47,116 nucleotides of DNA, taken from Acidimicrobiia bacterium. Lineage in GTDB: Bacteria > Actinomycetota > Acidimicrobiia > Spongiisociales > Spongiisociaceae. Positions 37,343 through 46,432 of this stretch are shown here, piece by piece; within the stretch, counting starts at the first letter, position 1; the number at the start of each line of letters is the position of its first letter. The translations under genes and the position numbers were made by a program. Location: positions 1 to 47,116 of the forward strand of contig JBFGLM010000037.1 of NCBI GenBank assembly GCA_041576165.1, written 5' to 3'. The notes beneath the pieces were generated by a model that made no database searches, was not told where the DNA came from, and saw nothing but the letters and a program-made list of their open reading frames with translations.

Positions 37343-38053
37343 ATGACTCGGAGGCTACTCGCAGTCGTGCTCGTGGTCGTCGTCATTGGCAGTGCGTGCG
37401 CTGCGGAGCCCGAAGGTGCACCGAACGACGATGCAGTCGAGGAAACCACGGTTACCGAAGCGTCGGCTGGGACGGCGGTCTCTTCCGACCTGGCGCAGCC
37501 GGTCGAGATCGCACGTTCCTTCATCGCCGCGCACACGGCCCTTGATGAGGAGGCGGCGATGGCGTTGGTTCATCCAGACGCGCAGATTGCGGCGCACGGT
37601 CGGCTTCCACGGACTCACCCCGAGTACGCCGCACTGTTCGGCTGGTACGAAGCGTTGCGCTGGAGATACGAACCGGTGTCGTGTGAGGCCGTGGAGTTGG
37701 CGACCCAAGTCCGTGTTGATTGCCAGGCCTTCTACAACAACGTGCTCTCGGCAGCTGTCGGGGCCGAGAACATCCCGAGTTCGTGGGAGTTCTTCATCGA
37801 GGATGGCTTGATCGTCGAGTTTACCGAAAGCCGCGGGCCGGAATCATCAGCGACGTTCCAGCCGTGGATGCAATGGCTGAGAGCGAACCACGCGGCGGAT
37901 TGGCCGTCGATGATGCGACTGGACGATGCGGGCGACGTCGTCGGTGGACCACAGACGACAGCTGAGGCGCTTGGCCTCTTCGAGATCCATGCCGCCCAGT
38001 ACTACGCGGAGATGACCGGTCAGGACCTGCCGGAAACTGGGCTGGCCGAATAG
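37343..38053 (+). CDS. lipoprotein with NTF2/SnoaL-like domain
   Basis: AGGAG RBS, lipobox IGSAC, VEIARSFIAAHTALDEEAAMALVHPDA...FFIEDGLIVE. Confidence 0.8.
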   Translation: MTRRLLAVVLVVVVIGSACAAEPEGAPNDDAVEETTVTEASAGTAVSSDLAQPVEIARSFIAAHTALDEEAAMALVHPDAQIAAHGRLPRTHPEYAALFGWYEALRWRYEPVSCEAVELATQVRVDCQAFYNNVLSAAVGAENIPSSWEFFIEDGLIVEFTESRGPESSATFQPWMQWLRANHAADWPSMMRLDDAGDVVGGPQTTAEALGLFEIHAAQYYAEMTGQDLPETGLAE

Positions 38054-38374
38054 ACCAAAGTGAGCGTGTGCTCACCGTCCGACCGACAGCCTGATGCGTA
38101 GGCCGGTCGGCGGGGGCTCCTGACCCGCCCTGAACTTGCGTGCGGGAGCAGGTGTCAGCGCGCATCGATGTCCCCGGCATCCGCCTGATCCGAGTATTGG
38201 CCGATTCAGATCCGAAGCGATGGCTCGATACGTTGTCCCGCGCAGCACCGCAGTGGCGACCCTCACTTCCACAAGATCTCACTCCACACGCGGCGACCAT
38301 CATCCCAAGCATCTCAGCCCGGGGAAACCGTCAACCACCCACCAGGGTCCTCGTCAACCGGTAGCTTTCGACTC

Positions 38375-40909
38375 ATGCTTCTGGAGAGGGAAGACGAGCT
38401 TGGGTTACTGGCTGGTCTGCTGGTCGGCGTTGACACATCGGGGGGCAAGGTCGTCCTGATTCGGGGTGAGGCCGGGATCGGTAAGACTGCCCTGGTTAGA
38501 GAGTTCATCAGGAGCCATGGCGATGGGGCGCACATCTTCTTTGGGTCTTGCGACGATCTGTTGACTCCTCAGCCGCTAGGGCCCTTTTGGGACATCGCAC
38601 GCGAGGAAACTTCGCTTTCCCAGGCTTTGGAAAAAGGTGACCGGAGAGCCGTGATGGGGGTCCTGTTGGATCTTCTGTCTCGATCTCTCCGTCCGACGGT
38701 TCTGATGATCGAGGACACCCACTGGGCGGATGAGGCCACCCTCGACGTCATCAAATACCTTGGTCGGCGGATCGGCGGAACCAACGGTCTGCTTGTTCTC
38801 ACCTACCGCGACGGTGAGGTCGACCATGACCACCCGCTGCGACAGGTGATCGGTGAAATGGCACCACAGGATCTGGTGCGGATACATCTTGGTGGTCTCT
38901 CGGCGGAGGCGGTGGCGTCGATGGTGGAGGACACCGACCTTGATTCCGACGAGGTTTTGTCTCTGACGGATGGCAACCCGCTTTTCGTGATCGAGGTGGC
39001 GGCGTCGGGTGTCGAGGAGGTGTCATCGTCGGTCCAGGATTCTGTTCTTGCCAGGGCACGAAAGCTGTCGTCGGGGGCGCGGCGGCTTCTCGATCTGGTG
39101 TCGGTGATCCCCGGCGAGTCGGAACGATCCCTCATCGAGATTGTTGCGCCCACAGAGGACCAGATGACCGAGTGTGTCCGTCAAGGGCTGCTTGTAGTGG
39201 CGGACGACACGGTGTTCTTCAACCATGAACTGACCCGCCGGGCGGTGGAGTCGGCTCTGAACGCTGATGATCGTCGGAGACTCAACCAGGAGGTTCTAGC
39301 CGAGCTTGGCGGAGGGGCCGACCTGTCGCGGCTGGTCCACCACGCCCGGGAGGCCGATGATGTTGAAGCCATCATCGAGTTCGCACCCAGGGCCGCCCGC
39401 GAGGCGATGGCCATTGAGAGCCACCGCGAGGCAGTCGCGAATTTTCAGGCACTGGAGCCGTATCTCGACCGATTCGCCGACGACCACCGGGCGGCCATCT
39501 TCGACGATTGGGCTCGCAGCCTGCTCTACCTCCGTGTCGATGCCCTCGACATTTTGGGCCGAGCCATCGAACTTCGCCGGTCCCTCGGCGACGATTACGC
39601 ACTGGCGCGGACGTTGACCTTCGCCGCTCGGGTCAACGGGATGTGGGGACAGACCGAAGCAGCGGAGGCCTGCGCGGTCGAAGCGGTCGCCATCCTCGAA
39701 TCGCATCCCATGAGCGCAGATCTCGCCTTCGCAGCGGCCCGCCTTGCTTGGGTCTCGATGATCAAGGGTGACCATAAACGAGCCATCGAACTTGCCGACC
39801 GAGCGCTCCGCCTTGGCGAGGAGACTAGTGACGAGGCGACCATCATCCACGCTCTGAATGTAAAGGGTAGCTCCACATATTCCCGTGAAGACCCCGATGG
39901 CATCCGACTGCTGGAAGAAGCCCGAAGGAGCGCTGAGCAAGGTGGATACCCCTTTGAAGAAACGCTGGCGCTTATCAATATGGCGGATGTAGCCGTAGAG
40001 GTTCGTGAGCTGGAAAAGGCCGGCGCTCTGGCAGAACGGGCCCGCCACACGGCAGCCCGATACGAGATTCGAATCATGGAGCATTACGCACTCTCCATTT
40101 ACTCGGAGATCCTGTTTTGGAAGGGCGAGTGGATCGCCGCCGAGGACTTCGCCGACAAGACGCTCAGGTTCGCTGGGGGCGTTCTGGGGCGCCTGCAATC
40201 CCGACAGGGCCGTCCCGAAGCACATGACACGCTCGACCGCACTTGGTCGGAGGCACAAACTGGTCAGATGCAACACCTACTCCCTGCTGCGGCGGCGCAA
40301 ACCGAGTTCATGTGGCTGACCGGCGATCACGATCCAGGGCTGATAGCCCGTTTCCGCGAAGTCCTCGATCAGGGCCTACGGCTTGGAGCGCCTTGGCCAA
40401 ACGGGGACTTGGCTTTCTGGCTATGGGAACTCGGCGAGCTCACCGAGGTCCCCGAGGGAATCGCCGAACCGTACCGGCTGGTCATGGCCGGTGAACCCGC
40501 CGAGGCTGCCTACATCTGGGAGGAAAAGGGAATTCCCTATGAGCGAGCTTTGGCACTCATGCATGGCGAAGAAGAGGCCCAACTGGAAGCCCTCGAAATG
40601 TTCGAGACTCTCGGGGCGACTCCCGTCGCCGCCAAACTGAGAAAGACCCTGCGGGACCAAGGGGTCTCCGTGCCTCGCGGCAAAGGACGAAAGACCAGAG
40701 ACCATGCCGCCGGCCTCACCGCCCGACAAGCCGAGGTCCTCCAACTCCTCCACGAAGGACTATCCAACATCGAAATCGCCGACCGGCTCTTCCTCTCGCC
40801 ACGAACCGTGGAACACCATGTCGCCGCTGTGATGAACAAACTCAACGCCTCGACACGAGATCAGGCGGTTGCCACGGCGGCCGAACAGGGACTACTGGCG
40901 TCTAGGTAG
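38375..40909 (+). CDS. LuxR-family large ATP-binding regulator (AAA ATPase + TPR + LuxR HTH)
   Basis: MLLEREDEL, GEAGIGKT, IEDTHWADEATLD, GNPLFV, GLTARQAEVLQLL..GLSNIEIADRLFLSPRTVEHHV; TAGCTT 7 nt upstream (leaderless). Confidence 0.95.
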   Translation: MLLEREDELGLLAGLLVGVDTSGGKVVLIRGEAGIGKTALVREFIRSHGDGAHIFFGSCDDLLTPQPLGPFWDIAREETSLSQALEKGDRRAVMGVLLDLLSRSLRPTVLMIEDTHWADEATLDVIKYLGRRIGGTNGLLVLTYRDGEVDHDHPLRQVIGEMAPQDLVRIHLGGLSAEAVASMVEDTDLDSDEVLSLTDGNPLFVIEVAASGVEEVSSSVQDSVLARARKLSSGARRLLDLVSVIPGESERSLIEIVAPTEDQMTECVRQGLLVVADDTVFFNHELTRRAVESALNADDRRRLNQEVLAELGGGADLSRLVHHAREADDVEAIIEFAPRAAREAMAIESHREAVANFQALEPYLDRFADDHRAAIFDDWARSLLYLRVDALDILGRAIELRRSLGDDYALARTLTFAARVNGMWGQTEAAEACAVEAVAILESHPMSADLAFAAARLAWVSMIKGDHKRAIELADRALRLGEETSDEATIIHALNVKGSSTYSREDPDGIRLLEEARRSAEQGGYPFEETLALINMADVAVEVRELEKAGALAERARHTAARYEIRIMEHYALSIYSEILFWKGEWIAAEDFADKTLRFAGGVLGRLQSRQGRPEAHDTLDRTWSEAQTGQMQHLLPAAAAQTEFMWLTGDHDPGLIARFREVLDQGLRLGAPWPNGDLAFWLWELGELTEVPEGIAEPYRLVMAGEPAEAAYIWEEKGIPYERALALMHGEEEAQLEALEMFETLGATPVAAKLRKTLRDQGVSVPRGKGRKTRDHAAGLTARQAEVLQLLHEGLSNIEIADRLFLSPRTVEHHVAAVMNKLNASTRDQAVATAAEQGLLASR

Positions 40910-40962
40910 CCGCCAAACCGATTGGGTAGCACTAACCCTGGTCTTGGGTAGTCGCTACCGAT
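40904..40962 (+). promoter_or_regulatory. GGTAG repeat array, candidate binding site of the adjacent LuxR regulator
   Basis: GGTAG at 40905, 40925 and 40947; the last forms the inverted repeat GGTAG-tcg-CTACC. Confidence 0.6.
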
Positions 40963-41027
40963 GACCGCAGCCCTCCCTATCCATACCTTCGAACTGTGAC
41001 CGCAGACGAGAAACGAGGAGGTGTCTG

Positions 41028-41552
41028 ATGTCACTGTTCAGCACACTCGCACATGGCGGTGCAGTCCCAGCGAAAAGGTTCTCGTTGAAAGGAATCGGGA
41101 TGGGTGCCGTCGGAATCGCCCTTGGTATCACAGTTGGATCAGTCATCGCCAACCATCGCACAGCAGACCTGCCCGAGCAGACTGCAGCCGCTGCGATCGG
41201 ATTGGCCCACGATGACTTCCTCCGTCTCAATACCAGCGACCTGCCCAAACTGTCGCCGGTGGCACCGGACGCGATCGAACCACAACCCGTGGTTGACCTG
41301 TTCATGCACATCAACACCACCGCCTACGACGGTCTGGTTCCGGCGGCTCCATCGGCCGCGATCGGAGTGCGCGGCGCGGTTGATCCCAACTTCCTGTACT
41401 GGAACACGACTGCCTTCGACAATGTGGTGCCGGCAGCCGTGAGCAAGCCGCAGAACCTCGGCAACGCCACGGCGGAGTTCCTGCACTGGAACATCACCTC
41501 ACTCGAGTATCCATCAGCCCGGTACTCCGAGCAGCCCAACGGTCCCCGCTAG
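41028..41552 (+). CDS. membrane-anchored or secreted protein with four ~29-aa repeats
   Basis: GAGGAGG RBS; hydrophobic aa 23-41; FLRLNTS, FMHINTT, FLYWNTT, FLHWNIT at aa 64, 92, 122, 151. Confidence 0.8.
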   Translation: MSLFSTLAHGGAVPAKRFSLKGIGMGAVGIALGITVGSVIANHRTADLPEQTAAAAIGLAHDDFLRLNTSDLPKLSPVAPDAIEPQPVVDLFMHINTTAYDGLVPAAPSAAIGVRGAVDPNFLYWNTTAFDNVVPAAVSKPQNLGNATAEFLHWNITSLEYPSARYSEQPNGPR

Positions 41553-41579
41553 CAGGACATACAGCCGATAGACATGAGC

Positions 41580-41609
41580 GTGGGAGCGCCCGAATGGGGG
41601 CGCTCCCAC
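41580..41609 (+). terminator. GC-rich hairpin, probable terminator
   Basis: GTGGGAGCGCCC-N6-GGGCGCTCCCAC perfect 12-bp stem 27 nt after the stop; no U-tract. Confidence 0.6.
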
Positions 41610-41684
41610 CTCACGTGCCAACCCTCCATCCGATACGCACCGGACCCAAACCTGCTCGCAGCCCGCACATGACCGGCATTTCCG

Positions 41685-41950
41685 GGGACTGTCGGTTCTT
41701 CGGGTAACTGCCGTCGGCATGTCTAGTTGTCGGTGGGGAGGACGCGGCCTTCGAAGGTGATGGCGAAGGCGTTGAGGGCTGCCTTCCATCGGTTGATCCA
41801 GCGTTACCTTCCGCGAGCGGTGGGGTCGAGACTACGCACTAACAGATACAGGCACTTGAGCGCCGCCTGCTCGGTAGGGAAATGCCCCCGTGCTCGGGTC
41901 GCTCGCCGCATCCGAGCGTGGAGCGACTCGACCGAATTCGTCGAGAAGAG
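41685..41950 (-). mobile_element. IS256-family transposase 3' remnant with right terminal repeat
   Basis: LFSTNSVESLHARMRRATRARGHFPTEQAALKCLYL...*RWINRWKAALNAFAITFEGR; in-frame TAA at 41804-41806; end reads ...TTACCCGAAGAACCGACAGTCCC. Confidence 0.88.
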
Positions 41951-42043
41951 ATCGGACGCAGGACATCGTCCCCTGGTCTCCACCCGTTCGATCCTCCATG
42001 GTGGACGGCGCGGAGACAGAGGGAATCGAGAAAGAGCCGGACG

Positions 42044-43003
42044 ATGGACAAAGGCAACGTCGCTTCACTCAGCTATGCCGATGTCACGAAGTGGCGGGGC
42101 TATGACAACCGACTTCCGTCCGAGTTCCAGCTGTCGGCGGAGGCTCCCGAGGAGGAACGGTGGCCATGGCGCGATGTCAGTGTGCACATTGACCGCCTTC
42201 GGGCTCCGGATGCGCCGGTCAAGCTCATCCTGGTGCACGGGATCGGGGGTTACGGCCGCATCGTGTTGGGCTTCGGCGCCCCCTTCCACCCGGAGCTGTG
42301 CGAGGTCGTCGCCCCAGATCTCCCTGGCTATGGCCTGACACCCCGTCCTGGAGGCAGGCTCGAGTTCTCGACATGGACGTCCTTGATATCTGACTTGATT
42401 GAACGTGAGCTTCGTAGCGATGGTCGGCCGGTCGTGCTGTTCGGGTTGAGCCTCGGAGGAATGACCGCCTACCACGCCGCGTGCACCGCACCGGTGCAGG
42501 GGCTGATGGCCAGTGCTCTGGTGGACATGACAGATCCCGATGTTGCGATCGGCGTGTCTCGGTTCACCCGTTTGAGTACGTTCATTCTGCCTTTGGTCAG
42601 AAGGACGCCTCGGTTGGTTAGCGGGTTGCTCGTCCCGGCCCGATTCCTGGGGAAGATGGATGCCATTTCGAACGATGCGCGGCTGTCGCGTTTGGTGGCG
42701 AGAGACCCTTACGGTGGTCGCAGCAACATTCCCATCTCGCTCCTGCAGTCATTGCTCAAAACGGCTCCTGCCATCGCCCCCGAGGAGTTCGAGCGCTGCC
42801 CGGTCCTGCTCGTACATCCTGGCGCCGATCGCATGACCGACATCAGCTTCAGTCGGCGCTTCTTCACCCGGCTGGCGGCCTCCAAACAGATGGTTGTCCT
42901 GTACGGGGCCGGGCATTGGCCGATCGAACAGCCTGGAGCGAAGCAGATGACAGAGTCGGTCCGGGACTTCATCGAGCAGATAGCTCACCCTGCGGATCGG
43001 TAG
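42044..43003 (+). CDS. alpha/beta hydrolase (lysophospholipase-like)
   Basis: LVHGIGG, APDLPGYG, nucleophile elbow GLSLGG, HPGADRMT (Asp), GAGHWP (His). Confidence 0.9.
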   Translation: MDKGNVASLSYADVTKWRGYDNRLPSEFQLSAEAPEEERWPWRDVSVHIDRLRAPDAPVKLILVHGIGGYGRIVLGFGAPFHPELCEVVAPDLPGYGLTPRPGGRLEFSTWTSLISDLIERELRSDGRPVVLFGLSLGGMTAYHAACTAPVQGLMASALVDMTDPDVAIGVSRFTRLSTFILPLVRRTPRLVSGLLVPARFLGKMDAISNDARLSRLVARDPYGGRSNIPISLLQSLLKTAPAIAPEEFERCPVLLVHPGADRMTDISFSRRFFTRLAASKQMVVLYGAGHWPIEQPGAKQMTESVRDFIEQIAHPADR

Positions 43004-43076
43004 CGGAAGCGAGGCGTGACGACAGGGCGTGGGGTGGATGCATGTGCGTGGGGCCTGCACCCCCGACCCTCCAGGT

Positions 43077-43180
43077 AGCACGGACCACATCGGCACGCTC
43101 TCTCGGGAATACCTCGAGACCGACGACTGTCCGAATCCGATCGCATCGCCCGGGTCATGCTCCAGATCGTCCCCGAGTAG
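43077..43180 (+). pseudogene. possible C-terminal remnant of a PPOX-class F420 enzyme
   Basis: TDHIGTLSREYLETDDCPNPI, frameshift, RVMLQIVPE*; resembles the HID.LS.KY.g...YP....RV...I.P ending of this family. Confidence 0.4.
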
Positions 43181-43239
43181 GCCTCCCTGTTCCCGCCGGG
43201 CGCCTGATCGCCCGGTCGGGGCGGAACCCGAGACCCCGC

Positions 43240-43899
43240 TCAGAGTTCGGCGGGCTCCCAATTGGGGGCGCTGGGCACCACCGCGAGCGGGATGGTGCTG
43301 TGCCGAACCAGGTAGGACGTCGTTCCACCCAGGCCTTGGAACTGGCCCTCGCCTCGACCCCCCACGACTATCAAATCGACGCCGCGGTTTCGACTGAGCG
43401 GGCGGGGTGCGCCGTCGCGCCGATCACCGCCATCTCGATCATCACCGCCTAGCCATCCGGCGAACGGAGGCCCAATGTCCCGATCTCCTCCCGCTTCCGG
43501 CGGCACCAGAATCAGCCAACCCGCAGCAGACCGCCGGTTTCGGCCATCTGACGCAGCGCAACCCCCGAGAGGGAAACTCGTGGGTGACGACCTTCGAGCT
43601 CCGGACCGATCGAGAGTCATGGTACGGCGGCACCACCGCCACATCGCTCACGTGGCGCACCTTGAGGCCTTGTACCGTTGCGGCAATGCTACCCGATCAC
43701 GCTAGCGGAACCGGTCTCCCGCATGTGACCCGAAGATCGCGACGTACGCGAATCTGGACGCCTCCGACCCAGCACGCCACCGCGTGCTCGAACGTATCGA
43801 AGCCCGCAGTGACGTTGCGGCCCGGTCCTTGCCCAGCATCTGCTCTAGCGTGCGCCGCGGCTTGGTCATGTCGATCTGGGCGATCCACATTCCAGCCAT
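43240..43899 (-). pseudogene. frameshifted universal stress protein (USP) gene
   Basis: C-terminal DLIVVGGRG...LGGTTSYLVRHSTIPLAVVP and internal VAVVPP lie in different frames; AGGAGG RBS + ATG at 43899. Confidence 0.6.
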
Positions 43900-43911
43900 C
43901 GGCTTCCTCCT

Positions 43912-45033
43912 CTAGACGGTCACGCCGATCAGGTGGCGGTCGTATGCCGCGAGCGAGTTCGCGAAATCGGCCAACCCGAAGCCGATACGGACGTGCTGGT
44001 CGCCGAGCCCGAGCGATCCGCTCGGCAGCAGCATGATGCTGTGCTCGGAAGCCAAGCGCTCGCAATAGTCGTGTGCCGACGGGACGTTGATCCCCATCAG
44101 CCCGACCGGTCCGGCCAGTGGTTGGAGATATCGGAACAGCGAACGGTGCCGGTCGAAGAAGTCCTCGGCCAGCGCCAGATTCTGACGGACGAGGTCACGA
44201 TTGCGCTCGGCGAGCCGTCCGGCGATCCGGACGGCTTGCTCGGCAAGATACTCGATCGGAGCGGGCGGGCAGATCGACGTGTACATCTTGGTGTTGAGCA
44301 CCTCGGCGCGGAGATTCGCGTCCCGCACGATGAGCCACCCGGCCCGCAGGCCGGGGAGACCGTGGGTCTTAGACAGTCCGTTAAGCACCAGTGACCGCTC
44401 GAACCGGTCGGCCGCCGACGGCAGGCGCGGGCGATCTCCGTGTTCGAGGCCACGGAAGATCTCGTCGTGGTAAAGCCAGGCGCCGGACTCCGAGACGAGC
44501 CCGAGGATCTGCTCGAACTCACGTAGCGTCGGTTGATAGCCGGTCGGGTTGTGCGGGAAGTTGAGTACTACCAGCTTGGTCTCGTTGGTCAGTAGGGCGC
44601 TCAGGGCGTCGAGGTCAATGCGCCATGCGCCATCTGACTCCTCGACGTACCAATACCGGACGTCGCACTGGAGATCTTCCGGAAGGGTGCGGAGGGCGTC
44701 GTACGAGGGGGCGAGCACCACGACCTCGTCACCCGGGTCGAGCACGCTGCGCATGGTCAGGTAGATGCCTTCGATCGGAGATCCGAGGATCACGACATGG
44801 GCGGGCTCCACGTCTTCATACTGTGCGGCGATGGCGGTCCGAAGGCTCTCGGCTCCCTGGGGCTCGGTGTAGCCGAGTCGCAGGTCGCCGATCGCGTCGA
44901 GCGAGCCACCTGACATGCCCAGGAGTTCTCGAATCGACACCGTCTCGCAATTGGATGCGGCGAGGAGATGCTCGACGGCGAACTCGTAGCGCGCGAAGTA
45001 CTCCTCGGTTGCGAACGTCTGGTATCCGGGCAC
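43912..45033 (-). CDS. PLP-dependent aminotransferase class I/II (VioD-like subfamily)
   Basis: LVVLNFPHNPTG, HDEIFRGLE, LSKTHGLPGLRAGW (PLP Lys), HVRIGFG; GAGGAGG RBS + GTG. Confidence 0.92.
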   Translation of the reverse strand: MPGYQTFATEEYFARYEFAVEHLLAASNCETVSIRELLGMSGGSLDAIGDLRLGYTEPQGAESLRTAIAAQYEDVEPAHVVILGSPIEGIYLTMRSVLDPGDEVVVLAPSYDALRTLPEDLQCDVRYWYVEESDGAWRIDLDALSALLTNETKLVVLNFPHNPTGYQPTLREFEQILGLVSESGAWLYHDEIFRGLEHGDRPRLPSAADRFERSLVLNGLSKTHGLPGLRAGWLIVRDANLRAEVLNTKMYTSICPPAPIEYLAEQAVRIAGRLAERNRDLVRQNLALAEDFFDRHRSLFRYLQPLAGPVGLMGINVPSAHDYCERLASEHSIMLLPSGSLGLGDQHVRIGFGLADFANSLAAYDRHLIGVTV

Positions 45034-45106
45034 TCCGCCTCCTCGTGTCAGAGGCGATCCTACGACTGCGTCGTCGCCGCGTCGTCCCCGAGCCGCAGCG
45101 GGCCGG

Positions 45107-45493
45107 TCAGTCCTCGACGGGGCGGAAGCGGATGAAGGGTGAGGTGTCGACCCACTTCTGGAGCGAGGCGTCGACCCGATCCGGTGGAGAGTCCCAATTC
45201 TCGATGAGGGCCCGACGCAGGATACGGGCTCGCTCCGCTGGGTCTGGCTCGGGCTCGCCGACCACCTCGACATCGGCCGTCAACCCCTTCTTGAGATGCA
45301 GCGTGAAGGTGGGATTGGCGAGGATGTTGGCCACCCAGCCGCGAGGGAATCCGGGCCGGCCGGTCAGGTAGTACTCGCCGGCGAAGTGATGGAAGTAGAT
45401 CTCGATGCGGCGCGGCTCGCCGCTCTTGCGACCGGTCGTGGTGATGTCGGCGATGCCGCCGGCCTGCATCGCCTGGGTGATGGCAGCGTCCAT
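45107..45493 (-). CDS. nitroreductase-family deazaflavin (F420)-dependent oxidoreductase (DDN-like)
   Basis: ITTTGRKSGEPRRIEI, WVANILANP. Confidence 0.85.
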   Translation of the reverse strand: MDAAITQAMQAGGIADITTTGRKSGEPRRIEIYFHHFAGEYYLTGRPGFPRGWVANILANPTFTLHLKKGLTADVEVVGEPEPDPAERARILRRALIENWDSPPDRVDASLQKWVDTSPFIRFRPVED

Positions 45494-45894
45494 GGCAGTA
45501 CCAACCACCGTGGACGGACGGCTGTTCCCTGGCCGGGCCCCATCGCCTGTGTGCCAGATGTCGACGAACTCCTTGACCGACTGGTGGCGAGGCCGCGGGT
45601 CCAGATCGGTCGCTCGTTCGCGTGGACCACAGCGAGTCGGCGGAGGAGATTGGCAAGAGCACCCTTCGAGTTCAAGGTACGGACCCCGGCCAACTAATGA
45701 AGGAGGCGGGGTTGGCGCGGAGCGAGCTACGTTCATTGGGACTTCCTGTGAAGGACTGGGACAGCCGATAGAGGGGAGCGAGCGCGCACTCCTGCGGCAG
45801 CGTCCGTGTGCCTAGGGCCGGGCGCCGGTGATGATGTGTTTCGCGGCACCGGAATCGGCTAGTTTCCCATGTCAACTAGTCCGTGGGAGGCTCC

Positions 45895-46302
45895 GTGAAC
45901 GAATATACCCAGATAGCCCTCCGGGCTGCTGTTATCGCCACCATCGGCTCAGTGATTGTCTACCTCGTGGCAGACGCGCTTGGCGCGTCAATGCTGGCAA
46001 ACCAGCCCGGATCCGACGAGCCTGAGGAAGTTCCATTGCTGCTGGTGATCGTCCAGAGTTTCGCGTTCCCATTGATCGGAGCCGTCTTCGCCTGGTTCAT
46101 ATCAAAGCGAAGGAGTACCGGACCCAGGATCTTCACCTGGCTGGCCGTAGCCATTTTCGTGCTCCTGTCGATCTCAGCGCTCGTGAACGGAGACGGTGCC
46201 GGCACGATCGTTGCGCTACTCCTCATGCACATCGTGGTGCTCGTTCCGACGCTACGTTGGATTGTCCCGGCACTGCCGGCTCCCGCAATCGAGACGGCCT
46301 GA
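45895..46302 (+). CDS. four-TM membrane protein (DUF6069-like)
   Basis: GGAGG RBS + GTG; P.RIFTWLAVAIFVLLSI...LLLMHIVV. Confidence 0.75.
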   Translation: MNEYTQIALRAAVIATIGSVIVYLVADALGASMLANQPGSDEPEEVPLLLVIVQSFAFPLIGAVFAWFISKRRSTGPRIFTWLAVAIFVLLSISALVNGDGAGTIVALLLMHIVVLVPTLRWIVPALPAPAIETA

Positions 46303-46432
46303 CACCGCCTCGACGCGGCATGAGAACCGATCGACTGCGTTTCCGCCTGGTCAACGGACGTGCTGATGTTCGTGGCCAACTCACTCGGCTCGCTCTGGAC
46401 CAGATGGCTGGCGATTGACCGGCTCGAACGCG

